Shown: positions 14,154 to 21,000 of the stretch, in pieces
Layout of the letters: each line of letters starts with the position of its first letter
How positions within the stretch are numbered: position 1 is the first letter of the stretch
Assembly (NCBI GenBank): GCA_031550435.1
Contig: JAVBOO010000011.1
Location: 1 to 32,000 of the forward strand
Direction: 5' to 3'
Length of the DNA: 32,000 nucleotides
From: Eubacteriales bacterium
GTDB lineage: Bacteria > Bacillota > Clostridia > Lachnospirales > WRAX01
The notes under the pieces: generated by a model
Told to the model about the DNA's origin: nothing
What the model saw: only the letters and a program-made list of their open reading frames with translations
The model's database searches: none
Translations under genes and position numbers: made by a program

Positions 14154-15454
14154 TTGCTCATATCCTCCTTCGTCGGCAAAAGCAGCCTACCCGAGGAAAC
14201 ATCCGACAAAACAGGCGGTTTCCCTCCGAACATATCAAGCTGCTCATACGCTTCGTCGATCTTGTTTTCGCTCAGCTTCATGGAAAGAAGGTCGGCATCC
14301 AGTTTAACACCCTCATACATCTTGCCGTTACAAGTTATGAAATATTTCGCACGCTTCAATACTATGCCCATTTTTTTCAGCGTATCAAAGTCAAGTCTTG
14401 CAACCCGTCTTGTTCGGAGAATTTTGTAAACCGAACGTTCTCCTATGCCCGGCACACGCATCAGCGTCTCCATATCGGCTCTGTTGATTTCGACCGGAAA
14501 TTTGTCTATGTTTCGTATTGCCCAGTCACATTTCGGATCCATATTAAGATTCAGATTATCCGCATCTCCAAATATTTCGGATGACTCAAAACCGTACACC
14601 CGCATAAGCCAGTCAGCCTGATAGAGCCTGTGCTCGCGTAGAAGCGGCGTTGTAGCGGTCTGAATAAATTTATTCGAACCGACGGGTATATAGGCAGAAT
14701 AGAACACACGTTTCAGGTTATAGGTCTTGTAAAGCGACTCTGACAGTCTTACTATCTGCCTGTCACTGTCAGGCGTCGCTCCGATTACCATCTGCGTCGC
14801 CTGTCCTGCCGGAACAAATTTCGGTGCGCTTTTAAATACGGTAAGTTCATTCTTAGACTGCGTTATGCCCGAAGACAAAAGGCGCATCGGGCGCAGTATA
14901 TCTTCTTTTTTCTTTTCGGGTGCAAGCAGCTTCAAACTCTCTCCCGAAGGCATTTCTATATTTACGCTCATCCGGTCGGCAAGCATTCCCGTCTTAGTTA
15001 TAAGCGCCTCATCGGCTCCGGGTATCGCTTTTACGTGGATGTATCCGTTGAATTTGTAACGCATTCTTATAATAAATATCGTTTGATACAGCATCTCCAT
15101 TGTATAGTCCGGGCTGCGGAATACTGCGGAGCTTAAAAACAAACCCTCTATATAATTACGTTTGTAAAAATTTATAGTAAGCTCGCCGACTTCGTCGGGT
15201 GTAAACATCGCCCTGGGAACATCGTTCGACGAACGGTTAACACAGTATTTGCAGTCGTAAATGCAATTATTCGTCTGCAATATTTTAAGCAGCGACACAC
15301 AGCGCCCGTCAGCGGCATATGTATGACAAATACCGCAGCCGACTGCAGAACCTATACTCCCGCTTTTCGAACTTCTGTCCGTCCCGCTGGACGTGCAGGC
15401 AACGTCATATTTCGCAGCATCGGTCAATATTTTGAGTTTATCCGATATGTTCAT
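14132..15454 (-). CDS. putative DNA modification/repair radical SAM protein (TIGR03916 type) with a C-terminal HhH
   Basis: ATG 15454 lies after GGGAG. MNISDKLKILTDAAKYDVAC is the typical N-terminus. The radical SAM cluster motif is CIYDCKYC (CX3CX2C). The HhH motif is RVPGIGERSVYKIL. Confidence 0.85.
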   Translation of the reverse strand: MNISDKLKILTDAAKYDVACTSSGTDRSSKSGSIGSAVGCGICHTYAADGRCVSLLKILQTNNCIYDCKYCVNRSSNDVPRAMFTPDEVGELTINFYKRNYIEGLFLSSAVFRSPDYTMEMLYQTIFIIRMRYKFNGYIHVKAIPGADEALITKTGMLADRMSVNIEMPSGESLKLLAPEKKKEDILRPMRLLSSGITQSKNELTVFKSAPKFVPAGQATQMVIGATPDSDRQIVRLSESLYKTYNLKRVFYSAYIPVGSNKFIQTATTPLLREHRLYQADWLMRVYGFESSEIFGDADNLNLNMDPKCDWAIRNIDKFPVEINRADMETLMRVPGIGERSVYKILRTRRVARLDFDTLKKMGIVLKRAKYFITCNGKMYEGVKLDADLLSMKLSENKIDEAYEQLDMFGGKPPVLSDVSSGRLLLPTKEDMSKCITGQM

Positions 15455-15513
15455 AAAAATCTCCCGATTTATAAAAATAAAGACACAAGCCGAAAACACG
15501 AACTTTCTGAATC

Positions 15514-15616
15514 TATAGTGATACCGGAACGGTGTTGCTCAAATTCACTATATAGCCGTTTAAGCCGGAAACGGTCTTGAACGACGCCGACAGCCACTGC
15601 TGTTGCTTCGGCAACA
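15514..15616 (+). repeat. left arm of an imperfect inverted repeat flanking the rSAM promoter and B3
   Basis: It contains TATAGTGAT, AAGCCGGAAACGGTCTTGAA and CTGTTGCTTCGGCAAC. These are collinear with the reverse complement of 15943-15992, with insertions. Confidence 0.5.
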
Positions 15617-15668
15617 AAAGCTTGGGATTCGGCGTTTTCCTAAGATGTGGCTTGTCGGCTCCAAAAAC

Positions 15669-15697
15669 ATTATATCGTATTATATCGCATATGTCAA
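15669..15697 (-). promoter_or_regulatory. perfect consensus promoter TTGACA-17-TATAAT for the rSAM/DUF4130 operon
   Basis: Minus-strand -35 at 15697-15692 and -10 at 15674-15669. An approximately 200-nt leader follows before ATG 15454. Confidence 0.65.
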
Positions 15698-15708
15698 ACA
15701 TATATTCG
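15695..15708 (-). promoter_or_regulatory. LexA (Cheo/SOS) box-like palindrome CGAATATATGTTTG overlapping the -35
   Basis: It matches 8 of the 10 specified positions of CGAAC-N4-GTTCG, and the two mismatches are symmetric C-to-T changes. Confidence 0.4.
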
Positions 15709-15798
15709 AAAATTTTCGATTGTTTTTTCTTACCGTCCCGCTGGCTTTTGCACTGCGTCATAATGCATTAATAAGCAGAAACAAACATAGGACGATAT

Positions 15799-15957
15799 AT
15801 TACCGCGGAAGTTAAATACCGTATAAAATACTTACGCGCTTACTTGAGCTCGCAGACGCGCTTAGATACGCCGCAGCGCTTAGGTGCGGCGTATCTGCGT
15901 CTAAGCTGGGGAGCAATAAAATATAGCGTTTTCCCATATTTGGTTGCCGAAGCAATA
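15799..15957 (+). repeat. repeat module B, copy B3
   Basis: It is collinear with B2 over the full length. My hand alignment gives about 21 substitutions and 2 single-base indels in ~160 nt. Confidence 0.8.
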
Positions 15958-15992
15958 GTGATTTAAGACCGTTTCGGCCTTTAATCACTATA
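15943..15992 (+). repeat. right arm of the inverted repeat; also the terminator hairpin of the DUF1492 gene
   Basis: GTTGCCGAAGCAATAGTGATTTAAGACCGTTTCGGCCTTTAATCACTATA. The stem is AGTGATTTAAG/CTTTAATCACT with an inner GACCG/CGGCC pair. Confidence 0.5.
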
Positions 15993-16014
15993 CGAGCGGC
16001 TATTTCCTGCCCTT

Positions 16015-16455
16015 TTACCCTCTCGCAGCCGAGAAGCTTTTGCCCTCCGACTTTAAAGTCCTCTCTATTGCTTTAAGAGCAAACCTGTGTATTTTGTTCA
16101 CCGCACTCAGACTGTAATGATTATCCTCCGCGACATCCTCCCAGCGCTTGAGATTTACATATCTTTCAAACATAATAAGCTTGTACTCATCTCGCTCCAG
16201 TGTGTTAACGGCACGGCTAATCTCTTGTTCCAAATCGATGAGTCTGCGAACATCCTCTTCATATCTCTCAATCATTTCGTGCAAATCCGCAGTGATTTCT
16301 CCCAATCTGTCGGTTTTTAGGCTCGTTTGCACCTTTATTCCGAACCCTCCGCCCAAAGACATCCTCATGTCTTTCAAATCTTCAATTTTTGTTTTTCTCG
16401 CAGAAATAATCCTTCGTATTGTAAAATTCTGCGACAGATAATCTTTTACCGTCAA
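16015..16455 (-). CDS. phage late transcriptional regulator, sigma-70 region-4-like (DUF1492 / ArpU-RinA class)
   Basis: TTG 16455 lies 5 nt after AGGAGGA. The C-terminal LERDEYKLIMFERYVNLKRWEDVAEDNHYSLSAVNKIHRFALKAIE is the typical sigma region-4 HTH of DUF1492 proteins. Confidence 0.65.
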   Translation of the reverse strand: MTVKDYLSQNFTIRRIISARKTKIEDLKDMRMSLGGGFGIKVQTSLKTDRLGEITADLHEMIERYEEDVRRLIDLEQEISRAVNTLERDEYKLIMFERYVNLKRWEDVAEDNHYSLSAVNKIHRFALKAIERTLKSEGKSFSAARG

Positions 16456-16617
16456 AGTAATCCTCCTCACAGACAGCCTAGGCTCACGGCTGCGGGCAGA
16501 AATCTGCCAACCCAACCTGTATAAACCGTCGGCAGTTATCGTTCATCTTCCGGATATATAAGTCTTTATACTTCAAAACATAGTAAAGATTGAGCATTCG
16601 ATACTTTCCGCAGTCTG

Positions 16618-16670
16618 CAGGTCGCCGATTAAACCGATGCCTCCCCCTTGAACCCTCCGGGCTTAAATAA
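16618..16670 (+). repeat. partial, degenerate copy of repeat module A (A5)
   Basis: GCCGATTAAACC...CTCCCCCTTGAACCCTCCGGGCTTAA compares with CCCGATTAAACC...CACCCCCTTATACCGGCTCTGCGGGCCTAA in A2. Confidence 0.4.
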
Positions 16671-16727
16671 ACGGGATATATTGACCATCTCTTACCACCA
16701 TCTACCGCGAACAAAATTTCTGGGCGC

Positions 16728-16934
16728 TCAGCCTTTTCTCTCGGCGTACACAATATATTCCTTAAAATATTCCGCAATGCAGATATAGTGCAGCATGTAA
16801 CCGTCTATATCGAAAACTTCCTCACCTTCGAACACTGCTTGCCCGCAAGCCGCACAAATGGCGATAGGCTCATCTTCCGTATTGCATCCGCCGCATCTGC
16901 GGCCTGTTCGTTCGTAAAAGCCGGCTCGCTGCAT
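16728..16934 (-). CDS. small zinc-ribbon protein (68 aa)
   Basis: Two CxxC pairs (CGGC ... CAAC). The start shares base 16934 with the upstream stop. Confidence 0.5.
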   Translation of the reverse strand: MQRAGFYERTGRRCGGCNTEDEPIAICAACGQAVFEGEEVFDIDGYMLHYICIAEYFKEYIVYAERKG

Positions 16935-17311
16935 TACTCATCCCTTTCAATCAAAACTCTGCCGCATTTTGGGCACAATACCGGCACCCTGATTGTCTTG
17001 GGTATTCTTACGCTAACGCTGCACCTGCCGCAGCTCACTTTTGCCGCGCCTTTAACATAGCGCTTTGCATAGTCCGAAAAAGGCTTTTTTCTGCTGTGGC
17101 AATGAGCCATGCCGTAATTGCGGGCGACATCAGCTGCCGCACACTTTTGTTTTTCTTCCTTCTCTGTTACTTCCTTCTCAATTACTTCTATCTCTTTTAT
17201 ATTTTCATGGAACTCGGTTTGTGCCGTACTGTACCCTTTCTTTTCTTTTTTATAAGTTAAATACAAGTACTCAGGCAGTTTTTTTGCTTCGGCTGCAACT
17301 TGACCTGTCAT
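16934..17311 (-). CDS. 125-aa protein with a C-terminal Com-like zinc ribbon
   Basis: ATG 17311 lies after GGAGGGGG. The C-terminal SCGRCSVSVRIPKTIRVPVLCPKCGRVL resembles the Mu Com CxxC...CxxC ribbon. A Glu/Lys-rich linker is present. Confidence 0.5.
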   Translation of the reverse strand: MTGQVAAEAKKLPEYLYLTYKKEKKGYSTAQTEFHENIKEIEVIEKEVTEKEEKQKCAAADVARNYGMAHCHSRKKPFSDYAKRYVKGAAKVSCGRCSVSVRIPKTIRVPVLCPKCGRVLIERDE

Positions 17312-17377
17312 GTTCCCCCTCCGTTCACCGAACATTTATTCTAGTATACTCCAAGCCGGTCAAAAAGTAAATATAAA

Positions 17378-17421
17378 AAATCACAGTATTTAACAACAAC
17401 GTGTAGTAAATACCGTGATTT
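17378..17421. terminator. bidirectional terminator (15-bp stem, one mismatch)
   Basis: AAATCACAGTATTTA (17378-17392) / TAAATACCGTGATTT (17407-17421), flanked by an A-run and a T-run. Confidence 0.6.
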
Positions 17422-17493
17422 TGTATAGTTTTCCTGCTTTTGAGGATGCTTACGCCGTACTCTCGTTTAATACGCATAGAGCTTTAATTCTTG

Positions 17494-17652
17494 CTATTTC
17501 TCGTTGCCGTCCACCCATTCCTTTGCGTCTTTGACTGCCGCTTCGCTCGGTATACTGACGTTTGCGTCGGGTGTCTTTTTCATCTGGTCAAGTATTGCCA
17601 TTGCCTCAGATTCAACTGTAAAATCAATATTTTTACGCCTTTTGTGACTCAT
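17494..17652 (-). CDS. 52-aa hypothetical protein, missed by the ORF track
   Basis: ATG 17652 lies after GAGGAGGAAG. The translation is MSHKRRKNIDFTVESEAMAILDQMKKTPDANVSIPSEAAVKDAKEWVDGNEK. The C-terminal ...IPSE.AV.DAKEWVD.NEK reminds me of small DUF3787-type clostridial proteins (from memory, unverified). Confidence 0.45.
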   Translation of the reverse strand: MSHKRRKNIDFTVESEAMAILDQMKKTPDANVSIPSEAAVKDAKEWVDGNEK

Positions 17653-17661
17653 CGCTTCCTC

Positions 17662-17695
17662 CTCTGCTTTTTGATCTCTGCTTTTTGATCTCTGC
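17662..17695. repeat. 14-bp tandem repeat CTCTGCTTTTTGAT, 2.4 copies
   Basis: Identical units lie at 17662-17675 and 17676-17689, with a partial unit at 17690-17695. The array abuts the RBS of the 52-aa ORF. Confidence 0.7.
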
Positions 17696-17737
17696 AGGTC
17701 TCGTAAATATATGCCTTTTGACTCTAAGTAAGCGTAT

Positions 17738-17844
17738 TCGATACCCCGATTAAACTCTGCGGTTTAATCACCCCCTCACACCGATCTGCGGCCTAAGGTG
17801 GATCGAGGCGACTGGTTTATCGAATGGTTTAATTGAAGCCTCAA
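17738..17844 (+). mobile_element. repeat module A, copy A4 (MITE-like)
   Basis: TCGATACCCCGATTAAACTCTGCGGTTTAATCACCCCC...GGATCGAGGCGACTGG...GGTTTAATTGAAGCCTCAA is collinear with A2 at roughly 80 percent identity by eye. Confidence 0.65.
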
Positions 17845-17930
17845 TTATATGGCTGTATTTTTTAGCCGCTTCAGGTATTTTGTGTAATATGCCGAAAAAT
17901 ATGCATTTATAGTGAGTACAGTTAAAACGA

Positions 17931-17960
17931 AAAGCCCCCGGCAAATTCGCCGGGGGCTTT
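17931..17960. terminator. bidirectional terminator after the giant surface-protein gene
   Basis: AAAGCCCCCGGC (loop) GCCGGGGGCTTT. Confidence 0.75.
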
Positions 17961-18008
17961 GTACACTTTCACTTATTAAACAACATTGTTTAAGTCCCTG
18001 CCAATCCT

Positions 18009-21000
18009 CTACTTCTTCTCCGTCTTAACACGCTTTTTTGCGTCAAGATAACTGAGTGTCAGCACAAACAGCATAGACACGGCAGCGCCGGTCAAATAGA
18101 ACGAAGGACTGATATCAGCAGTTCTCGGATTAGGCTTTCCTGATGGAACATCCTCCGGAACCAATACTATATCCACAGACCCGTCAGGATTGGGAACAAT
18201 AACAACATTGCCCTGCGGCTCACCTTCATCATCAATGTAAGTGTATTCTCCGTCATCGGTCGGCTCAAACTCCTCAGGAATATCGGGAGTTGTTGGAGTC
18301 GTAGGTTCGGTCGTCGGAGCACTTGTCGTTGTAGGAGGCGTAGTCGGTTCCTCGGTTCCGGGTTCTTCCGTCGTAGGCGGTTCCGTGATTATTATTTCCG
18401 GCTCGTTATCAATGGTGTAAGTATACTTATATGCACTTTCCATCGGAAGTACAAACGTAAAGTATATTGGCGAACTGAGCCTTATATAACCAAGCGGAGC
18501 GACTATTTCAACTATCTTGTACTTAACCCCAAGCAGGTATGCTTTGCGTGAAAATGCATATCCGTTCGCGTCTGTGGTTATGGTATCCATAAGGAAGTTG
18601 TCTGAGTCTCGCCTTATCTCGAACACGGCTCCTTTAAGAAGTACGCTTGTTACCTTGTCTTTCTTGTTTATATGAATTTCTCTGAGCAGGGCGTCATTTT
18701 CGGCCTTAATAACGATCGGATCCGTTGCCTTCCCGTCAATCGTAAAATTGTACCTTTCGATCTTGATCACGTAATCTCCGGGGGCCTCAAATTCCTCAAA
18801 GTAGTAGCTGCCGTTCGCAAGACCGGTTATGGTAACCGCCCCGCCTTCCGGCGTAACTATAATGCCGTCAGGCACAACAACGCCGTTAACTTTTATGTTA
18901 GTCATCTGAGTCGGAACTCCGCCGACTATCTTGTAAAGCTTAAACTTAGCGCCTTCAAGCGTCTTGTCGGTTCCGGTCTCGACCTTTTTAAGCGTAACTT
19001 GCCCAACTTTGTTCGTTACCGTTATGCTTTGCTTTTCCCCTTCGGGCTTAACATAAGCTTCGCCGTTAATTGTCTTTATTTCGCCATTTACAAGTGTAAA
19101 CGTTACTGCAAACAACGGCTTGCCGTTTTCATCTTCGTTGACGGGAAGTATATATCCGTCCGGAGCGGCGATTTCCTGAAGCCCATATTCGCCGTCGCCA
19201 AACCCGGTAACGGTAACCTTTCCGCCGACTACCTTTATATTATCGATTTGCGCTTGCACAAACTGGCCGTTGACTTTTTTCCAAACTCTAAATATTGCTC
19301 CGTCAAGAAGCGCTTTGCTATCAACGTCAATTTTGTAAAGCTCGAACTCTGAGGCCTTGTTTGTGACTGTTATTACCGTTACCGTGTCGCCCTCTTCGCC
19401 TTCGCCTGTCATGAAGGTGACAACTCCGTTATCCATCTTGAAGCTGACAGTTTTGTTTTCAAGCACATAACCTGCAGGAGCCTTTGTTTCAACAAGCTTG
19501 TAAACTCCGTCTTTCAGATTGTAAACCGTCATCTTCCCTCTGTCAAACACCAGAGTTTCTGACGAAACATCGTTTCCTTCCTTATCGGTATACTTCATCG
19601 TAACTTTTTGGTTATTGCTGTCATAAAGCTCAAATTCTGCTCCGATAAGCTCTGCTCCCGTTACGGAGTCTTTCTTTTCAATTTCAACCTGAGAAGGTGC
19701 GTTTAAGGCGGTAAGTACTACGGCCTTGGTTCCGCCTGCTTCAAACTCGTATGTTCTTTTGCTTTCGTCCGCCGGAAGAATATAACCTTCGGGCGCCTGC
19801 GTCTCAACAAGTTTGTATTTTCCCGGAGGAAGATTCGATAATGTCAGCTTACCCGTCGTTAACGTTAACTCGTTGCCGACACAGTCGGCACCTGTTACCT
19901 GAACGGGTGCTTCAATATTGAAAGGAACATATTGCCCTTCTTCTTCCCTGAAAATCTTAAACTTAGCTCCGGCAATAATTGCGCCGGTGTTGTCGCCGGT
20001 TTCGCTGTAAAGTCTCGAGTCGTACTTTATAAGTTGAATATCGCCTACGAAGTTAACTGCCCTAACGCCGACTTTTGCGGGGCCGACCGGTTTAAGTTCG
20101 TCTGTGGTACCGGTTGTCCTGCTCTTTGCGCTGCCGGCATACCCGAATGTATTCCATGCAATAGAACCGTCAGACGCGCTTTCGGGCACTTTGGCGTTAA
20201 TCTTAAACTCGATGCTTTCGCCCTTGTCAACCTTGAAGTCAGGCTGCAATATAAGTCTAACCGCGTTGTCGCCGGGCTGCATTCCTTCATGCCAAGCCTG
20301 TGTTCCCGCTCCGGTAGTGCCCTTCCAGTCGAGTGAAGAGAACTCCTGGCTTCCGACTGTTACCTTTGCAAACTCAACCTTGGATATCTTATCCGCGTTG
20401 CCGTAAGTCATATCAACACCGAGAAGTTCGGCGTTGAACCTACTGAGTCTGAGGTTCTGATGGTCAACCGTGCTTGTATCACCGACAAAAGGAAGTTTGT
20501 CGATAATTACCAAGTTAGAGAATATATAGTCGCTCTTGTTTTGAACATAAAGCGTATAGTAGTATTTACCTGTTCCGGCCTGTGCGGGTGATTCCCCCGG
20601 GCCGTAGAAGTTTTCCGCCTTAACGGTTATATAGCCGCCGTGCTCGGTCGGTGTTGCTTTGTTTGCAGGATCCGCTTCATCATAAACAGTCTTGAGCGAT
20701 TTGGCCATGAACTGACCAAGTACTGCGACTGTCGCAACGTTATGAACACAGTTTTGCTCCGTAACGTTGTCCTCTCCGTCAGCGGCAATGTAATCGGTAG
20801 CATAGTTGGTGTCAATCTTACCCGAGAAGAAATACTTCATATCGTTAACGGGAACAAAGTATACGTCGTTGTCGTACTCCGCAAGAGCCTGAGGAGTAGT
20901 CGATACAAACGCGAAGCTGACCTTAACGCCTCTTCTTATGATCGAGCTTCTTGTAAGCTCCCAGGAAACAAGTTGTCTGCCTTCAACCATGGTCATTTTT

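Noticed and set aside
9180-14429. Long alternative-frame or antisense ORFs inside the capsid, scaffold, portal, terminase and DUF4130 genes (for example 9180-9605, 9574-10155, 10627-11091, 11271-12017, 12120-12545, 13542-14429).
   Set aside because: These are shadow ORFs within confidently assigned genes. They have no RBS and biased Arg/Ser/Leu/Cys composition.
16484-16777. 97-aa minus-strand ORF between the Zn-ribbon gene and the late regulator.
   Set aside because: It overlaps both neighbours and spans the degenerate module-A remnant (16618-16670). It has no RBS. It is more likely repeat-derived non-coding DNA.
5919-17844. Whether the A/B repeats are a CRISPR array, DGR template/variable repeats, or a retron msr/msd.
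   Set aside because: The units are 100-160 nt, dispersed over 12 kb, in both orientations and without regular spacers, so they are not a CRISPR array. All copies are intergenic and no reverse transcriptase is present in the window, so they are not DGR repeats or a retron.
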